Counted from the stretch's first letter, positions 1 through 7,926 are shown. The stretch is DNA of 12,549 nt from Candidatus Krumholzibacteriales bacterium (GCA_046483305.1 JAWODM010000026.1:1-12549), one strand, 5' to 3'. Program-made: numbers and translations. The notes: a model not told the origin generated them from the letters alone.

Positions 1-4
1 AATC

Positions 5-110
5 GTTGTCGGTTTCCCCGGCGAGGAAACCGCAACTCCCGCCTCGCACATCGCTCTTTCTGCCCCTGACGGGGCAGAAAACCATGCCCGCTCGCCCTCC
101 GGAGGGTTTT
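5..110. repeat. Cluster of GC-rich inverted repeats; possible REP-like element or end of a MITE, truncated by the window edge
   Basis: Hairpin GTTG-T-CGGTTTCC (5-17) / GGAAACCG-CAAC (25-36); perfect 10-bp stem TTTCTGCCCC-tgac-GGGGCAGAAA (57-80); 12-bp palindrome CCCTCCGGAGGG (95-106). GC-rich block directly followed by AT-rich DNA. The repeats are seen directly; the mobile/REP interpretation is inference. Confidence 0.5.
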
Positions 111-314
111 GAATTAATCACTCAGCCGCTTCTATCAATGCTTAAGGCCGATTCCAGTTGCTATTAAAACTAAGTTGTTGTTAAAGATTACCTTACCGAC
201 ATTCTGGCTTATTTTCTGGGGAAAGTCCTGGTATTTATTCCTGAATGGTTATTAAAACGGAATCAGCATAATAAATGGTTGGACACCTCAATCCCCGTTG
301 ACTTTTGAAAACAG

Positions 315-343
315 TTTATAGGATAGAGGGGGTCTGTTATAAT
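315..343 (+). promoter_or_regulatory. Putative sigma70 extended -10 promoter for the first GT-C gene
   Basis: TG-T-TATAAT at 335-343 (TGn extension plus perfect -10); weak -35 TTTATA at 315-320 with 17-nt spacer; lies in AT-rich intergenic DNA. Confidence 0.6.
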
Positions 344-493
344 TATCAAAACTGAAATTTTACCTGCGGAATAACTAAATTATTAAAATGGACTTACATT
401 ATCTGTATTCTTTCCTGACGATCAGGGGCGGGTGAAAAAGCGATTCTCAGAAAAAGAGATAAGGCACTGCTGATAATATCATTTCTGTCCGCC

Positions 494-2443
494 GTGGCGG
501 CAACACTCAGAAGCTTCGGGGTGGAGGGCATTAAATACCCCCCGCTGATTCTGCTGGTAATCTCGGCGACTCTGGCCGCATATCCGGTGATAAGGCTGAT
601 CGGTAAAAAGGCTCTAATCGCAGATTCTGAGAAATGGCTGATTATAATCATATTCTCATGCCACCTGTCAGCAACCCTGTTCTTCTTCACACCCGAGGAC
701 CTTGCAAACAACCGCCCGGTAGTGACCCTGGACCACGCGATTCATTACTACCAGGTGGAAAGGGGAGACGAGGTATTCTGGAAAACTTTGCGCCTTCACT
801 GCTACGATCCATACTTCATGGCCGGATATCCGGGAGGGGCTGTCTTCGATATAGACAGCAAGGGAGTGGAACTCTGGTGCGCGCTGCTGAATTTCATGGG
901 GACTGCCAGGGCTTACAAGTTATTTATCTTCCTTGGATACCTCCTCTTCGCATTGACAATGTATTACGGTTCGAGGCGGCTGGGTTTCCGGGTCGAGGAA
1001 GCTGTCTATGCCCTGCTGGCCGCTCTAGTGTTCTGGCACTGGGGAAGGCCTTACGCAGGGGCTTTCCGTTACGCCGGGATGTTCGCGTACATGACAGTCT
1101 CGCATCTATCCCTGTATGTTGCCTCGCTTTTCCGGTCATTTCTCAGGGGCCATTCCATCAGAAAGTTTTTTATTATAGGCCCGCTGGCCTTCTTCCTGCA
1201 TCCAACCGCCGCGGTCATTCTGCCGGTGCCGCTGATAACCATTTTCCTCCTGGAAAGGCGGCTGTTTGAAAAGAGAAATAGAAAAAGGCTGACGAAGCTG
1301 TCGCTCGGCTTCCTCGCCTGGTGCGCGCTGGTACTTGCTGTAAACGCAATCTGGCTGGTTCCCCTGTTGAGATACCTGGATATCAAGACTGTTTCCGACA
1401 CCTTTTTCCAGGTCGGAGGCCTGACCGAGCTGGCGAAGGCCGTCATGAAACCCGGCAACATCCCGGCTATAATGCTTCTGGTAATGGCCGCCGCAGGATT
1501 TGCGGCGCTGCTCAGAGATAAAAGGTTCAGCGAAGCGCTCCCGCCCGCGGCCGGATCAGTTTTTCTTTTTATTATCTCGGCATATGGAACCAGAATCCCC
1601 CTGTTCAATCAGATGGAACCGGGGCGTTTTCTGGTCCCCGCGCTCATCTTCGCCGCCCCCCTCTCAGGCCCGGGGGCGGCTTCAGTGATAAGGAGATTGA
1701 AGTATATAATTCATTCAGACAGAATCAGAGAACTCATAAAACCGGCCGCGGTTCTGGTGCCGCTGGTATGTATGCCTTTCCTGTCTCTGATCTCAGCACG
1801 CGAATATTACAGGCATACCCTGAGCACCTCCCATACACGGGAAGTATCCGCGATGATAGAGGCGCTCAAAGAGCACACCGGGCCAGCAGGCAGGCTGATG
1901 TTCGAGGATGGGCTTCCCAGAGAGTACGGATTCTGCTATCTTTCCTCCATGATACCCCTGTATACCGGGGTCGAACAGATTGGGGGCCCCTACCCGCACG
2001 CATTTATCCGGCACAATTTCACTAATTTCACGGCTGAGAAAACGATGGGCTCCCCTCTGTCCGAAATAAGCCCTGAAAAGATGAGAAATTACCTGCAACT
2101 ATACGATATCCGCTGGATATTAACTGCTTCCAGCGAAACCGGGTCCTATTTCAGCAACTTCCCCGGACTTGAAACCGTATGGTCATCGGGAAGGTTCACC
2201 CTCCGTGAAAGAGCAGGTTACGGCAGAGATATTGAAGTCGAGGCCGGGTATAACAGGATCGGCATTTCGATACCTGAACCTGTGCCTTTGCCGGAACAGA
2301 TTCTCCTGGAATATCACTGGGACCGTTCCCTCAAAGTGGCCCCCCCCGCCGAGATAAGACCGCAGTACCGGCTGGATGACCCGGTTCCATTCATACTGCT
2401 GGAGCCGAATGGCAAAAGGGAGATTGAGATAATATCCGGATGA
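494..2443 (+). CDS. Polytopic membrane protein, putative GT-C fold glycosyltransferase (YfhO / PTPS-related-membrane-protein-like); true start probably upstream of 494
   Basis: 649-aa ORF with many hydrophobic segments. First external loop has LDHAIHYY followed by YDPYFMAGYP, typical of GT-C-type proteins; EPGRF after a late helix; soluble C-terminal domain. The frame is open upstream to 419 and encodes a basic-then-hydrophobic stretch (ILRKRDKALLIISFLSA). Confidence 0.75.
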   Translation: MAATLRSFGVEGIKYPPLILLVISATLAAYPVIRLIGKKALIADSEKWLIIIIFSCHLSATLFFFTPEDLANNRPVVTLDHAIHYYQVERGDEVFWKTLRLHCYDPYFMAGYPGGAVFDIDSKGVELWCALLNFMGTARAYKLFIFLGYLLFALTMYYGSRRLGFRVEEAVYALLAALVFWHWGRPYAGAFRYAGMFAYMTVSHLSLYVASLFRSFLRGHSIRKFFIIGPLAFFLHPTAAVILPVPLITIFLLERRLFEKRNRKRLTKLSLGFLAWCALVLAVNAIWLVPLLRYLDIKTVSDTFFQVGGLTELAKAVMKPGNIPAIMLLVMAAAGFAALLRDKRFSEALPPAAGSVFLFIISAYGTRIPLFNQMEPGRFLVPALIFAAPLSGPGAASVIRRLKYIIHSDRIRELIKPAAVLVPLVCMPFLSLISAREYYRHTLSTSHTREVSAMIEALKEHTGPAGRLMFEDGLPREYGFCYLSSMIPLYTGVEQIGGPYPHAFIRHNFTNFTAEKTMGSPLSEISPEKMRNYLQLYDIRWILTASSETGSYFSNFPGLETVWSSGRFTLRERAGYGRDIEVEAGYNRIGISIPEPVPLPEQILLEYHWDRSLKVAPPAEIRPQYRLDDPVPFILLEPNGKREIEIISG

Positions 2444-2522
2444 AGTAACCGGGTAGATTCACACGGAGAAAACGATAGCGGACTCCCTGCCGGAGAAAAA
2501 AGAGGTACCGCGTGGTGAAGTG

Positions 2523-2551
2523 TTGAAATAATTGGCTGTTTAGTGTATAAT
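2523..2551 (+). promoter_or_regulatory. Putative sigma70 promoter for the second GT-C gene
   Basis: TTGAAA (2523-2528) - 17 nt - TATAAT (2546-2551), about 80 nt upstream of ATG 2630. Confidence 0.7.
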
Positions 2552-2629
2552 CGCAAATCTGGTTGCCAGTTCATTCTACAAACAAGAGGGAGAAGTACAG
2601 CAGCATAACTGCTATCGCACAACAATAAT

Positions 2630-4294
2630 ATGAGTAATAGATCACAGGGAGCAGCGATCCTTCTTGTGATAGCCGTATCGCTGGTATTTCACACATTTAT
2701 TGCGTACCAGGATATCGGGGTTCTCGCAAGGAACGGATTTCTTTACGACGACAGCTTCTACGCTTTTAAAATAGCAAGGAATATCGCCGCCGGTAACGGT
2801 ATGACCTTTGACGGCATCCATCCCACTACCGGATTCCAGCCACTTTATGTATTCATCCTGGTCCCCGTTTATTTTTTCAGCGGGGACAACCTGATACTAC
2901 CCATATATATCGCACTTACTTTCCTGGCCATCTGCACCTGCCTTACCACCTGTCTGATTTACCGGATATCCAGGAGATATGCGGGGTTCGCCGCTTCCAT
3001 CTGCGCCGCCCTGATATGGTCGCTCTCCCCCATCGTAGCCAGGCAGAGCGCCAACGGACTGGAGACAGCTTTCGCCACTTTTGTGATAGCCCTCAGCGCG
3101 TTCTATTACCTGGAGAGGGTCCGGCCAGTCCAAGGGGTCCCCCCTCTACACCGGTTCCTTGTTCTCGGCCTCCTGCTGGGCGTGGCTGTTCTTTCAAGGA
3201 TAGATGGAATACTTCTGGTACTGGCGCTTCTTCTTGATTATCTGCTGCTGCTCAGAAGAAGAGGGGTAGCGGCGGGAAAAGCAAGTCCTGTTCTTCTCAT
3301 CCCTGCCGGGATAATCATCCTCTACGGGCCCTGGCTGCTGTTTAACATAATAGAGAGCGGGAACGCGCTCCAGGACAGCGGGACAGCCACCCGTTACCTC
3401 TCGCTGGCTTACGCGCCATACTTTCATAACGGCTCCGGGAGCCTGGCATCGAGCGGCCCCGATATCGCATTCATCTGGAAACACTTTATTCACTCACTCA
3501 AAACCATGAGAGCCCTGCCCCCCGTACATGTTATATTCCACTCCATTCACAAAGCGGGCTCAATAATGAACACCCGGACCCTTTTTGACACCCTGGCGAA
3601 CACAGGGGGGCTGGCCCTGCTGGTATTTGCCGGGTTTTCAATGCTGAAGTGGAGAAAAGACAGAGCCAGGTCGGGCCGGCTGGAGATCGGATTCCTGATA
3701 CTCTTCTGTGCCCTGCTGCTGCTGTCATATTCAACCTATATCTTCGGCTCCTTCTTCTTCGTGAGGTACTACTTTCCCGTCTACTTTGTCGGTTCTCTGG
3801 TATTCGCTTTCCTTCTCCAGGATCTTCTTGACTGGTTCGGAAGGAAGTCATTGAGCGTCAGAAGAATCGCGATTACCGCAGCGGCAATCTACTCCGGATT
3901 CTTCATCTATTTTTCCTGGTCGCAGTCTTTCAGGTCCTGGCCGGTATACCCGTTCTACGATATAGCAGGATGGGTGGACAGGAATGTCGGCGAGAACGAA
4001 ACTGTAGGGGTTCTCCAGTGCGGCACCATAGGTTACTTCTCCGGCAGGAAGGTAATAAATCTCGACGGCAAGGTGAACCGGGAAGCTCTGTCGGCTCTCA
4101 AGGATAATAACCTGCCGAGTTACGTGGAAACAGAAGATATAGACATAATAATAGACCACTGCAGGATACTGGAAATATTTCTGGACCTTTCGCCCGATGA
4201 GATAGAGAAATCATGCACCCCCATCAAGTCTGGACCTATGGGCGGGCCTACCGGCTGGATATCATACAGGCCTGAATCAGCTGGCGTGAATTAA
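2630..4294 (+). CDS. GT-C fold lipid-phosphate-sugar-dependent glycosyltransferase (ArnT/PMT_2/AftB-like membrane protein)
   Basis: 554 aa. An N-terminal TM helix is followed by YDDSFYAFKIARNIAAGNG (DD acidic pair), then TTGFQPLY, ANGLET, SRIDG, and a C-terminal domain with GTIGYFS...VINLDGKVN. These are recurring motifs of this GT-C group; many hydrophobic segments. Confidence 0.85.
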   Translation: MSNRSQGAAILLVIAVSLVFHTFIAYQDIGVLARNGFLYDDSFYAFKIARNIAAGNGMTFDGIHPTTGFQPLYVFILVPVYFFSGDNLILPIYIALTFLAICTCLTTCLIYRISRRYAGFAASICAALIWSLSPIVARQSANGLETAFATFVIALSAFYYLERVRPVQGVPPLHRFLVLGLLLGVAVLSRIDGILLVLALLLDYLLLLRRRGVAAGKASPVLLIPAGIIILYGPWLLFNIIESGNALQDSGTATRYLSLAYAPYFHNGSGSLASSGPDIAFIWKHFIHSLKTMRALPPVHVIFHSIHKAGSIMNTRTLFDTLANTGGLALLVFAGFSMLKWRKDRARSGRLEIGFLILFCALLLLSYSTYIFGSFFFVRYYFPVYFVGSLVFAFLLQDLLDWFGRKSLSVRRIAITAAAIYSGFFIYFSWSQSFRSWPVYPFYDIAGWVDRNVGENETVGVLQCGTIGYFSGRKVINLDGKVNREALSALKDNNLPSYVETEDIDIIIDHCRILEIFLDLSPDEIEKSCTPIKSGPMGGPTGWISYRPESAGVN

Positions 4295-4322
4295 ACTGCC
4301 GGAGAGATTTTCCCCATTCCGC

Positions 4323-5621
4323 TCAGCCCTCCCCAAAGAAATGGTTTGACACTATCCATGTATACGAGTGGAGAAAGAACAGCCATGCAGGCAGCATAAC
4401 AGAACAGTCCAGTCTTCCTTCCTCAACGGCGGCGTAAAGGTTGCGCCATATCAGAAACGAAACCGGTATGGCAACGGCGGCGTAAAGGTTCCAGTCCTCA
4501 AATACCCCCAGAGCGGCCCTCCATCCCAGAAAGAAAACGGCCATCCCTCCGCACGCGATTAACAGGTGAATATTTATATAGTCTCCCCGGATCCTCTTCT
4601 TTATAAGCAGCGGGGTTATAAGTATCCAGGCCGGGGCCAGCAGGAATGAAAGATTCAGCAGGCCTGTGAAGTAACTCAGGGAGGGCCTGGTAAGCATCAT
4701 CCGGATATGGCCCCCATGGCCGAATGCGTGGCTATTGTACCAGAGTTCTCTAAGGGGAAGGCAATACCAGTCAAAGAAGAGGAGTGTCAGTACCACTATT
4801 GACAGTCCGGTTATAACCGAGGCCGCAACAGCTCTCTTTTCCCCTCGCCTGCATGAAAGATAGAAAAGAAAAAGCAGTGAAGGCGCCAGAAAACAGCACA
4901 GCAGGTGAAAGGTGACAGCTGCCGCCAGGATTGCCGATGGAATGATAATGGAAATTCTGCCTTTCATATACAAGAACGAGGCAAGGAAATATCCGGTTAC
5001 CAGGACAGCAGTCAGGGTGTAGTTCTCCACATCCCCGAAGAATAACTGCATATAACCCCCGCAGATGAACAGTAGCAGGACAGGGAGAAAATCCCTGCGG
5101 AACAGTATGCGAAAAGCGCGGATCAGAATAAACACGAATACTCCCCCCGCCAGTGAAGAAAGCACCTGGTAGGATAACCTGACGCTCCATCCCCACCACA
5201 GATCAGTATAGTACCAGAACCTGGAATGAATACAGAGTTCCCACATTTCATCATGGGTTACATGGGCTCCCAGAACAGGTATATCCCTGGCGAACTTGGA
5301 GGCCAGCGCCAGCCCGTCGTAATTCAGAAATTCATTTCTGAGACTGAAAAAGACCACCACCGTAACCAGAGGGAACAGTACCTGAAAACTCCGGCTGGCA
5401 TAGGCCCGGGATGAAACCTTCCTTATTCCGGTGATAATTAACCGGGTCGAATCTTCGAATAGCAGCCAGCCTGCCAGGGGAAGCAGGATTGCGGCAATGG
5501 CCAGATAAATACCCAGCCGGCGCAGCTGCGAAAACCCGAAAAAGGTTCTCGCCGCAACTTCGGCATTGTCCGCGAAAGCTGGAAGCACGAAGGAAAAATA
5601 GAGATACACAACGCCAAACAC
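4323..5621 (-). CDS. Polytopic membrane protein, putative GT-C fold glycosyltransferase; start may lie upstream (candidate CTG at 5684)
   Basis: 432 aa, highly hydrophobic. Loop motifs NYDG, HDEMWE, FFGDVENY (E-x-Y), a His in TFHL, and EDWNL near the C-terminus. The frame stays open upstream to 5690 (LRHLRPFSGWSEEKFYILIYIV). Convergent with the preceding gene, 28-bp gap. Confidence 0.7.
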   Translation of the reverse strand: MFGVVYLYFSFVLPAFADNAEVAARTFFGFSQLRRLGIYLAIAAILLPLAGWLLFEDSTRLIITGIRKVSSRAYASRSFQVLFPLVTVVVFFSLRNEFLNYDGLALASKFARDIPVLGAHVTHDEMWELCIHSRFWYYTDLWWGWSVRLSYQVLSSLAGGVFVFILIRAFRILFRRDFLPVLLLFICGGYMQLFFGDVENYTLTAVLVTGYFLASFLYMKGRISIIIPSAILAAAVTFHLLCCFLAPSLLFLFYLSCRRGEKRAVAASVITGLSIVVLTLLFFDWYCLPLRELWYNSHAFGHGGHIRMMLTRPSLSYFTGLLNLSFLLAPAWILITPLLIKKRIRGDYINIHLLIACGGMAVFFLGWRAALGVFEDWNLYAAVAIPVSFLIWRNLYAAVEEGRLDCSVMLPAWLFFLHSYTWIVSNHFFGEG

Positions 5622-5819
5622 TATATAGATTAATATATAGAACTTCTCTTCACTCCATCCTGAGAACGGCCTGAGATGTCTCAGAAAATATCATCCTTTC
5701 CCGACAGTATATCTTCGTAATCAATATTCTCGATCAGATATCCGCCCGGTCTGCCGGGCTGTCTCCGCGGAGATAGTAAAGCCCTGGTGGTGTTTTCAGT
5801 CCCTGCTTCCGCAGGATTT

Positions 5820-5849
5820 ATTATACTCCCGCAAGTTCCGCACTATCAA
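5820..5849 (-). promoter_or_regulatory. Putative sigma70 promoter for the minus-strand membrane protein gene
   Basis: On the minus strand, TTGATA (5849-5844) - 18 nt - TATAAT (5825-5820). Confidence 0.55.
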
Positions 5850-5968
5850 GTCGAAATCCTGTTTCAAGGTCTGTTCACCGAAAGGCAGGCGGCAATTTGT
5901 CCTGTATTTCCGGCAATAGTTGTATTAATATCAATAAAAAGACAGATATTTTAAAACAGGAGCAAATT

Positions 5969-6316
5969 ATGGCAGACCTCAAGATTGACAAAGCTGTTAA
6001 TATTAAATCCGATAAAGTTGAAATGGAAGGGGCCGAGAATGTCTCGGTGAGGTGGCTGATATCCGCGGATGACGGCGCGCCTGTTTTTGCCATGAGGCTT
6101 TTCGAAGTCGGAAGAGGAGGGTGCTCGCCATTCCATACCCACTCGTGGGAACATGAAGTATACATACTGGAAGGAGAAGGGAAACTCAGGTTTGAAGAGG
6201 AAGAGAGGGAATTCTCCGCGGGATACTTCATATTCGTTCCGGGAGGGAAAAAACATTCTTTCATCAACACCGGAGATGGGAAACTGAAATTCCTGTGCAT
6301 GGTTCCCAACCGGTAA
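5969..6316 (+). CDS. Cupin 2 domain protein, TM1459-like 4-His metal-binding cupin
   Basis: ATG 5969 preceded by AGGAG (5958-5962); 115 aa. FAMRLFEV..GG..FHTHSWEHEVYILEG and FVPGGKKHSFINTG...FLC cupin motifs (H56, H58, H62, H96, C110). The ORF track's TTG 5897 start is less likely. Confidence 0.92.
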   Translation: MADLKIDKAVNIKSDKVEMEGAENVSVRWLISADDGAPVFAMRLFEVGRGGCSPFHTHSWEHEVYILEGEGKLRFEEEEREFSAGYFIFVPGGKKHSFINTGDGKLKFLCMVPNR

Positions 6317-6337
6317 CTCCATATTAAACTTATCAGT

Positions 6338-6366
6338 TTGACAAGGCTGGAGTGTATATTTATCTT
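6338..6366 (+). promoter_or_regulatory. Putative sigma70 promoter for the OMP-MBL pair
   Basis: Perfect TTGACA (6338-6343) - 17 nt - TATCTT (6361-6366), 30 nt upstream of ATG 6397. Confidence 0.7.
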
Positions 6367-6396
6367 TAATAGGCCCCTAAAAATGAATGGAGAAAT

Positions 6397-7146
6397 ATGA
6401 AAAGGATTACTTCCGGGGTTGTTGTTTTTTCAATTATTATATTATCTTTCAGCGCCGCTTCGGCCCAGAGGCTGTTTAAAGGCAGGAAACTTTACGGGCC
6501 GGTCCCGGCCAGGTCCATAAGCCTTACTCTGGGTTTCATAGACGGCACTGAAGCGATGGACCTTACCGATCACCTCGACCGATGGGCTAATGAAAGAGGC
6601 GGATCCAATCTATTCAGCGGTATAGGGACATCTCCCTACATGAAGGTGGGGTTCGAAAGGTTTCTCGTTCCTCAGATATTTTTCACCGCCGCCGTTAATT
6701 TTTCATATTTTAATGTTGAGGCCGACGGCTTCTACGTGACCAGGGCCGAACCCTCCCTGCCCCTTGATATAACCAGATCGCTCAGTGTATATCTGTTTTC
6801 GCTGGATCTGGGACTGAAATACTATATAACGGATCAGGATGTTAAGAAACTGATCCCTTATTTCGGAGGAGGCTTCTCCGCGGCCGTTCCGGTGGTGAAC
6901 CTGGATACCGAACTGTATAATGAAGGCGTCCCCTATGACGCTCCGGGAGAATCAATCTCCAAGACCAGCCTGGAAGAGGGGATGCACGCTGAGATAGGCA
7001 TGATTTATTTCATAACCAACCGGCAGAGCGCCAGCTTTGAGGCCAGATACCAGATGTGCCAGAGCAAATTCGAAATACACGATGCCAATTTCGATCTCAG
7101 GTACAAGGGAATCACCCTGGCGCTGACCATTTCAAGACACTTCTAG
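6397..7146 (+). CDS. Outer membrane beta-barrel protein (small OmpW/OmpA-like barrel), function unknown
   Basis: GGAG RBS; signal peptide MKRITSGVVVFSIIILSFSAASA; alternating amphipathic strands (SLDLGLKYY, IPYFGGG, HAEIGMIYF, SASFEARY, GITLALTISRHF); C-terminal Phe. Confidence 0.8.
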   Translation: MKRITSGVVVFSIIILSFSAASAQRLFKGRKLYGPVPARSISLTLGFIDGTEAMDLTDHLDRWANERGGSNLFSGIGTSPYMKVGFERFLVPQIFFTAAVNFSYFNVEADGFYVTRAEPSLPLDITRSLSVYLFSLDLGLKYYITDQDVKKLIPYFGGGFSAAVPVVNLDTELYNEGVPYDAPGESISKTSLEEGMHAEIGMIYFITNRQSASFEARYQMCQSKFEIHDANFDLRYKGITLALTISRHF

Positions 7147-7157
7147 GATTTCCGGCA

Positions 7158-7796
7158 ATGTCAAACTCAAGACCTGAAATAGTTAAAAATGTAGTGGGGC
7201 CGCTGGGCACCAATTGCTATCTCCTTTTCTGCCCCGGGAGCAGGGAAACACTGATAATCGACCCCGGCGGCGACCCTTTGCGGATTAAGAAGAAAATATC
7301 CGGGCTGAACCTCCGGCCGATAGAAATAATCTGCACACACGGGCACAGCGATCATATAGCGGCGGTTGCCGATATTAAAAAGGAATACGGCATAGGTTTC
7401 GCGGTACATCCTGATGCGGTAGAAATCATTAAACATTCCGTGGAGGTAGCGCCGATGTGGGGATTGGGTACCATAGAGATGCCTGAAGTTGACAGAACCA
7501 TATCTCACGGGGACACCATCAGCACGGGTGAAATAAGAGGAGAAGTCCGGCATACTCCGGGGCATTCGCCGGGCGGCATCACTCTTGTATTCGACGGAAT
7601 GGCGTTAGTGGGAGATTCCCTGTTTGCGGGTTCGATAGGAAGGACCGACCTTTTCGGAGGAAATTTCAAGCAGCTGATAGATTCAATCAAAACCCGTATT
7701 ATTACTCTTCCCGGGGAAACCAGGTTGTACTGCGGACATGGCCCCGAGACTACCGTGGCTGCTGAAGAATCAGATAATCCCTACCTTAATATGTAG
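7158..7796 (+). CDS. MBL fold metallo-hydrolase, glyoxalase II / YcbL(GloC)-like
   Basis: 212 aa from ATG 7158, 11 nt after the OMP stop. Motifs VGPLGTNCY, IIDPG, THGHSDH (HxHxDH), HTPGHSPGG, GDSLFAGSIGRTDL, CGHGPETT. The ORF track's ATG 7056 overlaps the upstream gene and is unlikely. Confidence 0.93.
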   Translation: MSNSRPEIVKNVVGPLGTNCYLLFCPGSRETLIIDPGGDPLRIKKKISGLNLRPIEIICTHGHSDHIAAVADIKKEYGIGFAVHPDAVEIIKHSVEVAPMWGLGTIEMPEVDRTISHGDTISTGEIRGEVRHTPGHSPGGITLVFDGMALVGDSLFAGSIGRTDLFGGNFKQLIDSIKTRIITLPGETRLYCGHGPETTVAAEESDNPYLNM

Positions 7797-7897
7797 GGGA
7801 TCATACCTGCCACCATTATTTTCCCGCTCATACCAGCTTTCCTGATAAGGAAATCTGGATCTATTACGCTATCAGCTGTAACGGGAGGATATTTTAC

Positions 7898-7926
7898 TTG
7901 CATGCAGTAGCACGAATATTTAAAAT
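7898..7926 (+). promoter_or_regulatory. Putative sigma70 promoter of the TonB-dependent receptor
   Basis: TTGCAT (7898-7903) - 17 nt - TAAAAT (7921-7926). Confidence 0.7.

Noticed and set aside
171..183. IHF-like site TAAGTTGTTGTTA
   Set aside because: One mismatch to a short degenerate consensus in AT-rich DNA, with no integrase or att site nearby to support it.
5875..6322. Antisense ORFs of 144 and 123 aa over the cupin, and the other short shadow ORFs inside the long genes
   Set aside because: They overlap well-supported genes and show no recognisable protein motifs.
7158..7796. Metallo-beta-lactamase resistance gene
   Set aside because: No signal peptide; GDxLF..SIGRTD and GHG motifs fit the glyoxalase II/YcbL housekeeping group.
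7825..7890. Purine riboswitch resemblance (CTCATA, GATAAGG, TCTA, CTGTAA)
   Set aside because: Only scattered words match; the P3 pairing and the loop-loop CC are missing, and the element lies upstream of the predicted promoter.
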